Shown here piece after piece: positions 29,465-42,246 of a stretch of DNA of 64,000 nucleotides (the stretch's first letter is position 1; every line of letters starts with the position of its first letter). The notes under the pieces are model-generated. The model was given only the letters and a program-made list of their open reading frames with translations. It ran no database searches and was not told the DNA's origin. Location of the stretch: the NCBI GenBank assembly GCA_964016885.1, contig OZ024757.1, forward strand, positions 6,634,001 to 6,698,000, written 5' to 3'. This stretch comes from Eledone cirrhosa. Taxonomy: Eukaryota. Position numbers and translations under genes: made by a program.

Positions 29465-30830
29465 TATTATCATCATCATCATAGTTTTAATGTCTTCTTA
29501 CCTTGCTAGTAAGGGATAGATGGGTATAGATAGACTAAGTCAGTACTGATGCACGGCTGCTGACCTTCCAGGATGGTTAGGAGTCTGTTATCTCTCTTAT
29601 GTATGATCTCACATACTATCAAGTGCACAGGAGAGGTTTTCATGTCTTTAACACAAGTGAAGGGTCCTCCCAGCACTTTGTATGGCAAGCTTTCTATGGC
29701 TGGATACCCTTCCTAGCACCAACTTTATAGCATGTAGTGGGTGTGTTTATCTTGTAGATCACCAACACTAGGAACATTGTCCTGTCTTTGACACCACTGA
29801 AGGGTCCTCTTCACCTATCTCCTGTCTTTTTCCATGAAGATGAGAACACCAAAGTGGTGGGGGTGGCACTCACCCATGTCAGAAACGGGGAGGTGTAGTG
29901 ATGGAGAGAATAGCAGAGTGATAGGGAAGGGGGCATGGTAGCTACTAAGGTGTGATAGTGAAGGGTTCTAAGGGTTTATAGTGGAGGAGACAGAAGCTAA
30001 GGGAGAAATACTAGAGGGATGTAGCATGGATGGAGTGGGGGTATTTTGTGGAGATGAGGAGAGCTGCTAGGGAGTACTAGTGGAGGGGGCATGGATGGAG
30101 TGGGGGTATTTAGTGGAGATGAGGGGAGCTGCTAGGGAGTACGAGTGGAGGGGGCATGGATGGAGTACATAACAGTGAGGGGAGTGTCTACTAGATTGTG
30201 AACTCTGAGGGATTCTAGAGGTTTTGAAGGGGGCAGCAGATGAGGAGTGGGTGGGGTGGTGTAGAGAGAAATACCTGTTAGGGAGTGCTAGGGAGAGGGA
30301 AGATAAGGGGTTAGGTCAGGCCACAGTGTATGCTGTTGACCAGGTCTTCACTATTATAACATAGTGCCAGCCCTTGTGGTCCTTTGTCATTTCTGTTGTG
30401 AGGTCTTTTAAGGTCTTCACACACTCATCCCATGTCTTCCTGGGTCTTCCCCTTCCAATGGTCCTAACCGCATCAGTTTTTCCCCATTTCTTTATGCAGC
30501 TGCTATCTTTCATACACATCACATGTCCATACCAACGTAGTCTTCTCTCTAGCACACTACATCTACTTTCTCTTATACCAACTTATTCCCTCAGTTTCCT
30601 AATGCTGCTCATCCATCAGAGCATACATATATATAACACCAACACCTCCTCTATCTTCTGAGTCTCTATATCTTCTTCTTTACTGTGAAAAGTGTCAAAC
30701 AAAATATCTCTAAATTTGTTACTGGCTGAGGGCTCCTTTATCTTCCATATTCTTCTTCTCCGGGTTGCTCTCTGTCCCTGAGTTCCTCTAGACATAACTA
30801 TAAAGTCACTAACTACTAGGTTACACACTC
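29465..30830 (-). mobile_element. Internally deleted RTE LINE with a long GA-rich 3' UTR
   Basis: ORFs 30316-30555 (RLRWYGHVM..GRPRKTW) and 30616-30828 (RRRIWKIKEP) abut without an RT; direct repeats of about 66 bp at 30025-30165. Confidence 0.7.
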
Positions 30831-31106
30831 ATGTCTCAGGTATGTTTTTACCTTCCTCTATACCCACTCTACTTCTTCACATCAATAGACTACTCCCTTG
30901 ATTTGTGGTCTCAGCACCGTAGACTTTCATCATCATCATCATCATCATCACTGTTTAACGTCCATTTTTCCATGCTAGCATGGGTTAGATGAGTTGTCCT
31001 ATTGTGAGACAATTCAGATCAGATGACCGTGTCTTGGTTTCCATGACTGGATGCCCTTCATAACGCCAAATACTTAACAGTGTGTACTGGGTGCTTTCTG
31101 CAGTAT

Positions 31107-32118
31107 CACCAAAATGACTACTTTACAGTGTGGACTGGGCACTATCATGGCACCAAAATGACTACTTTACAGTGTGGACTGGGTACTATTTATTGTGGCA
31201 CCAAAATGACTACTTTACAGTGTGGACTGGACACTATCATGTCACCAAAATGACTACTTTACAGTGTGGACTGGGTACTATTTATTGTGGCACCAAAATG
31301 ACTACTTTACAGTGTGGACTGGGTACTATTTATTGTGGCACCAAAATGACTACTTTACAGTGTGGACTGGGTACTATTTATTGTGGCACCAAAATGACTG
31401 CTTTACAGTGTGGACTGGGTACTATCATGGCACCAACATGACTACTTTACAGTGTGGACTGGGTACTATTTATTGTGGCACCAACATGACTACTTTACAG
31501 TGTGGACTGGACACTACCATGTCACCAAAATGACAACTTTATAGTGTGGACTGGGTACTATTAATTGTGGCACCAACATGACTACTTTCCAGTGTGGACT
31601 GGGCACTATTTATTGTGGCACCAACATGACTACTTTCCAGTGTGGACTGGGCACTATTTATTGTGGCACCAAAATGACTGCTTTACAGTGTGGACTGGGT
31701 ACTATCATGGCACCAACATGACTACTTTACAGTGTGGACTGGGTACTATTTATTGTGGCACCAAAATGACTGCTTTACAGTGTGGACTGGGTACTATCAT
31801 GGCACCAACATGACTACTTTACAGTGTGGACTGGACACTACCATGTCACCAAAATGACAACTTTATAGTGTGGACTGGGTACTATTTATTGTGGCACCAA
31901 CATGACTACTTTCCAGTGTGGACTGGGCACTATTTATTGTGGCACCAAAATGACAACTTTACAGTGTGGACTGGGCACTCTCATGGCACCAAAATGACAA
32001 CTTTACAGTGTGGACTGGGTACTTTTTGTTGTGGCACCAACATGACTACTTTACAGTGTGGACTGGGCACTATCATGTCACCAAAATGACAACTTTACAG
32101 TGTGGACTGAGCACTTTT
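31107..32118. repeat. Minisatellite, about 22 units of 44 or 48 bp
   Basis: CACCAAAATGACTACTTTACAGTGTGGACTGGG + CACTATCATGG or TACTATTTATTGTGG; grows out of an RTE-tail fragment at 30928-31105. Confidence 0.95.
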
Positions 32119-32285
32119 TGTTCTCCTTCTTGCACTTGCAGTAAAAGCAGGCATGAAATATCGCAGCAGATACAGTAAAAGCGTCCAGATATAAGAACGT
32201 ATCACACCGGTAAGAGGGGTGAAACATTGTCAACGACACCAAAAACCTGCTGTCTTCATTATAACTTTAATTAATCTAATTATAT

Positions 32286-32965
32286 TGTAGTGACCTACAT
32301 TCCGCGGACTCACATACATTCTCTGTGCGTGATTTGGCTCAGCTCAGCCAATCAGTGCCAGGAGAAGAGGATGTATCCCTACGCGCCCTGAGGAAGAAAT
32401 TCCCCGCGAAGATTTGAAGAATCACTCTCTTGTACCAGGAACTTCGAACCAGCAACACGCATAATGTAACAGTGAGATATTGCACCCCTAGCCTCGCCGG
32501 CTTCCCGGCGCAATGGCACCTTCCCTTTTGTAACCTCTTTTTATCTGTAACTTCAACCATATAAGTTAACAAACATTGTTTGTGCTACATCAAAAATAAA
32601 CATACATTTCATCTCTAATTTCTGCTGTTGAAATCATTATTATGTTACTCGTGTCTCAATAACATCTATAATCCATGCTGCTGGAATTGGCGACCTGACG
32701 AAAGGAATATTATAAATGCAAAGATGGTAAATAGATCGAGGGACATTCCCTCACGTCTATGTCGACAAGACAATCCAACGAGGATACTATCATTTTACCA
32801 CTCTGGCGACCACACTGTCAACTCACGACTTCATTCATCAACCCTGCTAAAGTGGGTCCTCGTGGCGACATTACAACTCTCTAAAATACTTCTCCGTTAA
32901 ATTGGAATTTACATCTTCAAACAAATTGGTGACATATTCAACAAAAGGAAACACATCCCTTTCCT
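32286..32965 (+). mobile_element. LTR retrotransposon fragment (LTR + PBS-like motif)
   Basis: Starts TGTAGTGA; AATAAA at about 32595; ...ATAACA at 32663; TGGCGACC at 32688; absent from the inverted paralogue at about 35655. Confidence 0.5.
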
Positions 32966-33431
32966 TTATATCTTGTGTAACAGTTATATATATATACACA
33001 ATTTTCTCTCCCCGACATCAGTCTTACACTGTCATATCTATTCTTACTTTACAATTGTGTCTACTAAGAGTTCCATTACAATCTGTAGTAGTAAAACTAC
33101 TATTTCACCAGAACATCTGCTATCAGTCATTTATAGACAATATATATATTTTAGACCACATATCAACCTAATATATATATATTTCCTATCTAATCTGTAG
33201 CTAAAGACATAAAGTCAGCCTCACTACTTCATTCTGACAAGATATCAATGTATGACTAAAGATGAAGAAGATACACCAACGTTAATGTCGTGAAATAAAG
33301 CTGATAACATTGAAACTTCTAATTTGATAACAAAGAGATTATTTCTTTGGTTGTTTAGTAACAACTAACAACACAACACATTGATTATATGTGAAGGAGG
33401 TAAGTTGACAAAGATTTACTTGAAGTCTATA

Positions 33432-33705
33432 ATAATGTAGTCCTAGATACACTATATCTGATAGCTACTATACTGTACATTATATAATGTAGTCCTAGGT
33501 ACACTATGTCTGATAGCCACTATACTGTACATTATATAATGTAGTCCTAGATACACTATGTCTGATAGCCATTAATACTAATTTCTATACTGTACATAAG
33601 ATAATGTAGTCCTAGATAAACTATGTCTTATAGCCAGTAATACTAACTACTGTACTGTAGATTAGATAATGTAGTCCTGGATACACTATGTCTGATAGTC
33701 ACTAG
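33432..33705. repeat. Tandem repeat, 5 x 52-65 bp
   Basis: ATAATGTAGTCCTAGATACACTATGTCTGATAGC at 33432, 33484, 33536, 33601 and 33666. Confidence 0.9.
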
Positions 33706-34241
33706 TATATACGTAGTTCTCAGAGAGATTCAGCGAGATGTATGACATGGCTTCCCTTTGAAATACAAGGGTAGAACCCATCTTATATTATAATGTGTCT
33801 GAGTATTTTATTGATACGTATAAAGTTGACATTGTTCTCAGGGAGATTCAGTGCGACAATTCTATGTAACCACGTGTCCCCTATAATTACTGGTACAACT
33901 TATTTTTCCAGCTGGGTGAAATAAAACAATGAGAAATAAAGTGTCTTGTTCAAGGCCTCAACGTACAGGTAGCCAGGTCTGGGATTCGAACTCAGGAACC
34001 ATACGTTCATGTACTGCGTGCTATCACCACCTAATACCGGTTTCCTCCACACAAAATAATCCGGATTAATTCACGAACAAGAATTACAATAAGTCGCTGA
34101 GAGTGATCTCCCTTGGCTGACTTTAACATCTTTTCTTCCATTAGAAATTAATTTCTTTCATGTCCGACAGAAAGACTCTGGAGTTTTTACCTGTCTTGAG
34201 TTTAATTGATGAGGAATTTTGAGTTATTTATAACAATTATT

Positions 34242-34861
34242 GGCACTGTCATGGTATTAGCTGTCAGAAGTGAAAGCAGAAGAAGGTGACGTCATTCGTC
34301 AACCTTCTCAATCCTTTATTTCCGTATCACTATTCCCTTTATTTATGTTTAGGATTTTCTAAGAGATACGTTTACGATGAGATACACTTATTAAAAAATA
34401 ATATGGGGACCAAATAACCCCGTAATTTTCGAGAGAAACGATAATATACAATCTTATTTAACATGTGCATTAAAAACTACACTAGCTGTTACAATTGTAA
34501 TTAACGTGTAAGAACTTAAATGAAAATATAGGTGGCCCTTAAAAGGGCCGGTGTTGAACTTAAATTTGTTTTCTAATTTGATAACCATGACTTGTTTCAA
34601 CACCGGCCCTTTTAAGGGCCACCTATATTTTCATTTCAGTTCTTACACGTTAATTACAATTGTAACAGCTAGTGTAGTTTTTAATGCACATGTTAAATAA
34701 GATTGTATATTATCGTTTCTCTCGAAAATTACGGGGTTATTTGGTACCCATAAATAAAATCATAAACGTAAATAAACGGAAGAGTGATACGGAAATAAAG
34801 GATTGAGAAGGTTGACGACTGATGTCACCTTCTTTCTGACAGCTAATACCACGACAGTGCC
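34242..34861. mobile_element. Foldback/TIR element copy 1 with 157-bp inner inverted arms
   Basis: Outer TIRs GGCACTGTC..TAGCTGTCAGAA; inner arms 34402-34558 and 34596-34752 with about 2 mismatches. Confidence 0.75.
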
Positions 34862-37109
34862 CTTTATTTCGATATCTTACATTAAAATGTTGACTGAGGG
34901 TGTGGCAACTGTTTCTTGTTTGAGGTTGTTCCAGTGGTTGAAATATAGACGGAGGTAATTTAATAATAAAGACAGTCATGATAACAATATATTTTATATC
35001 ACATGTAACAGTGGAATCTGATGATTGAAAAATATCACATCAACATTTCAGTTTGGAAGTGTTTTTTCTATATATAAAAGTGGAGGAAGAAATATATTTT
35101 TCTAATGATGTTATATATATTTTCACTTGTATATAATTACTGGATCGTTGTAGGGTTCACATAATTATATTATTTACACACATTAATATAGACATTAAGT
35201 AAATCTTTGTCAACTTACCTCCTTCACATATAATCAATGTGTTGTGTTGTTAGTTGTTACTAAACAACCAAAGAAATAATCTCTTTGTTATCAAATTAGA
35301 AGTTTCAATGTTATCAGCTTTATTTCACGACATTAACGTTGGTGTATCTTCTTCATCTTTAGTCATAAATTGATATCTTGTCAGAATGAAGTAGTGAGGC
35401 TGACTTTATGTCTTTAGCTACAGATTTGATAGGAAATATATATATATTAGGTTGATATGTGGTCTAAAATATATATATTGTCTATAAATGACTGATAGCA
35501 GATGTTCTGGTGAAATAGTAGTTTTACTACTACAGATTGTAATGGAACTCTTAGTAGACACAATTGTAAAGTAAGAATAGATATGACAGTGTAAGACTGG
35601 TGTCGGGGAATTAAAATTGTGTATATATACATATATATATAATTGTTACACAGGATATAATTAGATTAATTAAAGTTATAGTAAACAGCAAGTACACGGT
35701 GTCGTTGGAAATGATTTAACTCCCTTACCGGTGTCATACGATAACAGTCCCTGATATAATTTAATGTATTCAGACACACTTCCAATCGTATTTAATCCAT
35801 GGCAAATCAAAAAGTATCACTCAGTAAAATATCAATTATATATCTACATAGTCTCTCACCCTGCTAGAAATAGCAGTGAAATTATCCATTACAGATTCTT
35901 CTTTAAACTCTTACGTTTAGTTAAACAATCAACACAGCAAGTCTTTTGTTCAGACTTCAGAATAAGCTCGAAAACCGCCAGTTATCATTCTTCTTCTTGC
36001 TATATATAATATATATATATATTTATATATATATATACATGCACACACACCATATATACAGGGAAATTCCGTTATAAAGAAATTCACGGAGTATAAAGAT
36101 AATTCGTTGTAACGCAAATTCTTTATAACCGAATCAAATCGTTTGTTTGTTGTTCAATTGTATTCTAGTTATGGTGTTTCACATGGAACCTTATATATAT
36201 AACACAGAGAAGTATAAAGTCCAAGTGAAAATATAAGACAACATATAATCTAATAAGAAGGTTAAAGAAAAGAAGGAAAAACAAGTGAAATGAAAGAGAA
36301 AGTTGAAAGGAAAAGTTAGAAAAGAATCATTGAAATAATTATTCTACAAAGTGTTCTGTCTCATTTAGAAAGTGTTTTCTATGTTGGCCAGCTAAAATCT
36401 TCCCTCACTCAATTGTATCAAGTTCATTAGTTAATCCTAACTTTCCTGTAAAAAATTACTGATTTCAACAACAACTTTTTGGCTAAAATCACTAACAATG
36501 ACAAATATGTTTGTTTCGAGAGAAGGAGTGAAGACCTCTATGTGGTTACTTGACCTGTTGGATATAGCAGCCAAATTTCTTTCAGGTCACATACCTTCTT
36601 GAATTGGGAAGGGACTGTTTGGTGGGCTGCTTTAAGCCCCAGTTTAAAGTCTATAGGGAACTAAACGGGGTTTAGTTCCCTCATGAAATATATATCAGGA
36701 TTGAGTATCCAAGTTTCATTTTGACATTTTATTCGTAATCACGCGTAACACGTGTTTCGTGAATGTATTATATTTATTTCTCCTCCACTGTTTTTGATAC
36801 ATCTCAAAATTCTGTCTAGGCAGCCGTCGCTGCCGGACGGGTTTTTTTAGGGCTCCCCTTAAGTCAACATAAGCAACACATACAACCATGTGCGACTACC
36901 CACCAAAAACACCAATTGCCACGTCTCGTATCCTCCGTTGGCAATGTGTAAAATGTTAGCGAGATCGAGTGAACAATACACAAGTTATAATACTTTACAG
37001 ACGGGACTTATACAGTAGATGTAGCAAAATGCGTAGATTACGATTCTTGAGACGAGATTAAAATATACGATTATGGGATACTTTAAGAAGACGAGTAGAT
37101 GTTTGAGTA

Positions 37110-37470
37110 GATTTAGCTGCTTTTTCTAGCATTTTTAGTTATACTTTGAAGCACATTTTTTTTGTTACTATTATATTAAAAGTTATCTGGTTACGTTATT
37201 TGACTGGTATTTCTAGCATTTTACAAGGACCACGTGTGTGTTTTATTTAAGGAAGATCTAGTTGTTATTTCTGATATTTTCTTCATCAAGTTAGTTGCTA
37301 TTTCCTGCATCCTCTTGAAGACAAGAAATAATAATGAATTAGCTGCTGTTTCTAGTAGGTTCTATGGTAGTGATGAGCGTGGGAGGGAGGTTTGACTGCT
37401 ATTTTTAGCAGGTTCTAAGGCATTGAGGTTTATGTTTTACGAGAGATTTGGCTGTTATTTCTAACATGTT
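37110..37470. repeat. Diverged tandem array of a GCTGCTATTTCTAGCA motif
   Basis: About 7 degenerate copies at 35-90 bp spacing; the motif also occurs dispersed (28660, 35862, 39095, 46405, 47378). Confidence 0.6.
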
Positions 37471-37824
37471 ATAATGGAGAGAGAGAGAGAGAGTATAAGA
37501 TATACAGAGAGAGGGAGTATAAGATATAGAGAGAGGGGAAACGGCCGATGTTTACGTTGAGAAAACCTAATAAAATGTTATAAATGGGTTTATAAAGAAT
37601 AGAATGAGATAAACAAGACAAAGTTAGATAAAATAAATCAGCTGTAAGGATATTATACGATATATTTATAATATTTTAATATATTTTTCCTGGTCGTCTG
37701 CTGCCATTGATAGAGAGAGGAGTGGTGGGAGGTAGCCATAACAACCGTGGTAGCAGCACTGAGGTTTGTTTTTAAAGAAGTGAATACAAGAAAAACAAGC
37801 AACTAAGAATATTAATCTCTTAAA

Positions 37825-38612
37825 CCCTTCAAGATGTGTATGACAAGAAAGAAGACGTTTTAGAGTCGTATGACATAGATGATAACTGGAAATTCTTACG
37901 TGACAACTTACTGCAGGCTACTGAAGAAACTTGTGGCTGGAGCAGAGCTCCGACCAGACAGAGAGTGACCTGGTGGTGGGACAACACGGTAGATAAGGCC
38001 ATTAGAGACAAAAGACTAGCATGGAACACTTGAAAAAATGGTGGGAGTAGAGACCGATACACAGCTGCTAAGAGAGAAGCTAGACGTCAGATGTACTTAG
38101 CACGCACGGAGGCTGAGAGTAGGAGGTTTGCCAATGTTCTGTGATGGGAAGATCAGAGGCGTGCGGTGTTCCACATTGCAAGGCATGGTGTCAGTGTAAA
38201 TCAGGATGTTGTTGGAGATAAGTGTATCCGGAATGATGCCAGTGTACTTGGTGTCACGAATGATCAAAAAAAGGAGGCCTGGAAATATCATTATGAGAGG
38301 CTGATGAATTGTGGAGAATGAATGGGAGAGAGGGAAACTATCCCCAGTAGACCCAACAGAGGGACCAGCTATTGAGATTGGGGAATATAGGGTACAAGAG
38401 GCAATTAAGGAAATGAAGAATGGCAAGGCTACTGGACTCTAGGGGATAGTTGCTCAGATGCTGAAGGCATCAGAAGTAGGCACTAAACTGGTTACACACA
38501 TCATCAATCAAGCTATATATGGTAGTGTCATACCCAAAGAATGGTGCAGCAGTATTCTCATAAATTGGTACAAAGGTAAAGGGGATGCTGCTCTGGAGAG
38601 GAGCAATTATAT
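37825..38612 (+). mobile_element. RTE LINE internal fragment
   Basis: ATEETCGWSR..VTWWWD; YKGKGDAALERSNY. Confidence 0.85.
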
Positions 38613-38613
38613 G

Positions 38614-38792
38614 GGCACTTCAATATTTAATGATACAGGTGATAAAACAACAACTATAAGGTAAATAAGTCACCTTATGTTATTTACAAACATTAACGTC
38701 CACCTTAATATGAAATAATCACCATAAAAGAGGAAGCGAGGGCATCGGCTACCGGCACCCGGGCTGCTCTCTCATCCTGAGTGGGATCTTCC
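38614..38792 (-). repeat. Inverted copy of 1918-2077 (junction upstream of the first ZNF)
   Basis: Reverse complement of GCCGATGCCCTCGCTTCCTCTTTTATGGTGATTATTTC...AAATATTGAAGTG. Confidence 0.9.
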
Positions 38793-38799
38793 AGCGTTG

Positions 38800-39589
38800 A
38801 TGCATCACCACGTTGATGTAAAACTTGGTTTTTCACTTTGGGATAATACACGTATTTGCAACTTATTTATGTTTATTTACGTTGAGCGTAATCGATTTGT
38901 TTCCATATCTCCACGCGTTTTATTTCATAGTCATAGTTATAAAATTAGAAAACTTTCTTTAAAAAAAACAAATTAACGCGGGTAACTACAAGATAACCTT
39001 GTTTTGTAATACTGGCAGACATTGAAGATTCTTTATGGATGGTTGATACTCAGCTGCCAGGAACACAGGATGTGGCAGAGGGTATAAGATTTGCCTGCTA
39101 TTTCTAGCAACTTCAATGACCACATAATTGGTTTGTAATTTTGTTTTAAAGTGTAAGGGTTTACACAGCCATTTATGAATTTCTAAGAGATACGTTTACG
39201 ATGAGATACACTTATTAAAAATACTTTCATTGCATAGTTCCGTTTGTAAAGGCTTTAATTTACTGTACTACTCGGGAACCTTTTAATAACATACAGGATT
39301 AAGTCCATGTTTGTTCAACCAATTAATGGTATCTGCTGTAGTAGGGGTAACGATGGAAATATGGCGATGATTAACTCCACCCTGGGGTATAATGTAGAAT
39401 TCATATTTTTCAACTTGCCCATACGTGTATTATCCCAAAGTGAAAAACCAAGTTTTACATCAACGTGGTGATTTCAAAGTTTATTTATTTACACATGGTG
39501 GTGGTGGGGATACGGAAATAAACGAAGGCTGACGAATGACGTCACATTCTTCTACTTTCACTTCTGACAGCCAATTCCGTTGTAGTGCC
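38800..39589. mobile_element. Foldback/TIR element copy 2 (rearranged, one TIR)
   Basis: 38920-39510 is the reverse complement of 46005-46790 with deletions; ends CCAATTCCGTTGTAGTGCC. Confidence 0.75.
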
Positions 39590-40698
39590 ATATATAAACA
39601 TGATGGTCACGGCTGGAACAACTTTAATTATAGGTCTGCTCAATCATACTAACATGGGATTTAAATTGAGCAAAGTTGGAGTTGTCTTCCTTGGTACTTT
39701 ACTACGCTACGTTTGTTTATATATATCATCATCATCATCTTCAACATTATCATTTAACGTTCATTGTTATCACACCTGCATGGGTTATACAGGTTGTCAC
39801 GTTATGAGACATGTCAGGTGTGGAGACCAGGTCTCATATGGATGTGTATTTTGGTTTGGTTTCTAAGGCTGGATGCCCTTCTTAACACGAAACACGTTAC
39901 AATGTGGACTGCACACTTTTGTATGACCACCTTACAGGATGAACTGGGTGTTTCTAGTGTTGTAGCATCAACGAGGTGTGTGGGATATTTAGCAGGTGAG
40001 GGCAGGGCCTTATGAATAGGAAGGGGTGATGAGAAGATTGGTGAAGACTAGTGTGTTCTCTACATGTTTGTTTTATTTCATTTTCAGCACATGGGAGGGG
40101 GGGGGGTCTTCTACATTACAGCATGACGCCAGAGATCTCGATCCTGTGACATTTCCATTGAGAGGTTTAATTGGGCAAGGCGAGCTTTTATTATTTCATC
40201 CCAAGCTTTCCTAGGTCTTCCCCTTTCATAGTTAACATCGACTTTGACAACCCTGCACCTTGTTATACAGCTGTCATCTTCCATATACATCACATGTCCA
40301 AACCACCACAATCTCCTCTCCTCTACACTGCATCTGACCTCTCTTATACCTAGTTTCTCTCTCAGTTTATTAATGCTTGTTGTTCATGCACACTATTACA
40401 CATCTATCAGATCCTGTAAACTTCATTTCTTTCCAGTCTTTATAGGTCCTCTGAATATATTGCCCTGGTCTCACTTCAATGTAACATTGCTGTTTGTACA
40501 CAGACTTCATACAATCTGCCTTTCACTTTCAGGGGAAATCATTTTGTAGGCATCAGTAGTAGTAGCTCCCTAAACTGTTTCCATCCCATTCTCACTCAGG
40601 CTACTGTACCTTCAGAACACCCACCTCCACTGTTAATTTGGTTAATTAAGTTAACAGAAATTATGAACCGGTTTCTACAGAGCCTTCTGGACATTTAA

Positions 40699-40919
40699 CC
40701 CTTTAGCATTTAAACCAGCCATACCTAGCCAGAATACTCTCACATCTTTCTGTTCAAACCAGCCATAACTGGCCACTCATACTGACGTTAAGGTATTGTT
40801 CTCAATATAAATAATATCAAAATCTCATAGATTCGATATTATATGAGATAATTATGTAAGATAAAGCCTTTACCACAAAAATACAATAGTATATATAGAG
40901 TAATAAAAATGCTAAAGGG
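40699..40919. mobile_element. piggyBac-type MITE
   Basis: TTAA|CCCTTTAGCATT ... AATGCTAAAGGG|TAAA; degenerate relative at about 52470-52678. Confidence 0.75.
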
Positions 40920-42046
40920 TAAAAGTAGCTTATTATTTTGTGAGCTCTTGCTACTTATTGCTCTTGTGCATCAAGAACATACACAGCTTACATTTTGTTG
41001 CTAATCTCACTGAGATCCAACTACATCTCTTGTTTATCCATAGTTTGGAATTTCTACCTACTCCTTTCCTTTAGAATGATCAAGGCCATTTTCTTGTGGG
41101 GATCTAGGCCCTGTTTTCCTTTCTATTTTGCCAAGTTATCTTACATCACTTTCATTCTAGACCATGCTTCCAGGTTTGGAATTTCTCCTCTAATTTTACC
41201 ACAGATTAAGTGACAAGGGTTCAATCATGTGCATACAGGAGTTCCCATGGACAGCCAGTAATATGTAATAGCCTGCAGGATGATAATAAACAGAAGAGGG
41301 TTAATTACAGAGCCCTGATAGAGGGTTAATAACAGAGCCCTGATAGACTTGTTCACTCAACTCCTCACTATAGCCATCATTACTTTTAACCTTACTGACT
41401 GCTCCTCCATACATGGCTTTTACTGCTCTCACAAGCCACTCATATACCCCTAGTTTTCTAAGTTATACACCAGATTAGGGAAGGGGGAAGTCTCACAGAA
41501 GCTCTCTCTGGGTCAACAAATGCCAAGTAGAGGGGCTTATTTTAGCTAGGTACTACTCTTGCAGTTGCCACACAAGGAAGAGGACATCAGTGGTACTTTT
41601 ACCTGGCACAAATCCAAACTTCATCTCATCTAGGTTAACTTGGTCCCTAATCAGCTGTGTTATAAATCTAACACCTTCATGAAGTGGTCCATCTAATATC
41701 TCTATAGTTTTCTAGCTCTAGTACATCTCCTTTGCCCTTGTAGCAGTTGATGATGATGATACTACACCATTTATTTGGTATGACACCATTTTGTATTACA
41801 TGCTGTACGATACCAGTGGTTAAGATGTGACCCACCATCCCAGATACTTTCAGTATCTCAGCAACTATCACCAATGGACAAGATACTTTCTCTGTCTTCA
41901 TATCCTTAATTACCTTACTTCATATCCTTAATTACCTTACTGCTTACTTGTATGGCTGGACCCTCTGTTGGGCCCACTTTCCGTAGACTATCTTCCTCCC
42001 ATGCATTCTCCTCATTCAGTAATCTTTCATAAAGGCATTTCCATGT

Positions 42047-42246
42047 TACAAAGGTTGGCTGAAAAGTTCATAGACTATCAATGATAGCATGATGCTAGAG
42101 CTGTGAAATCTTGCCTGCATTAATTTCAACTCTTCTTATTAATAACTGCATTGTTTCCTTCCAGGGACTATGTTGAAAAATAAACCTCATTTGGTCATTC
42201 CATGAGTGTATCTTGGTCTGCCTATGAACTTTTCAGCTGACCCTAT
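42047..42246. mobile_element. Tc1/mariner-type MITE
   Basis: TIRs GGTTGGCTGAAAAGTTCATAG and CTATGAACTTTTCAGCTGACC interrupt the RTE. Confidence 0.7.

Noticed and set aside
31107-32118. CRISPR-like regularly spaced repeats
   Set aside because: No unique spacers and no cas genes; eukaryotic minisatellite derived from an RTE tail
36655-36681. Hairpin AGGGAACTAAAC-GGG-GTTTAGTTCCCT as a terminator
   Set aside because: Eukaryotic context, no U-tract, isolated 12-bp stem
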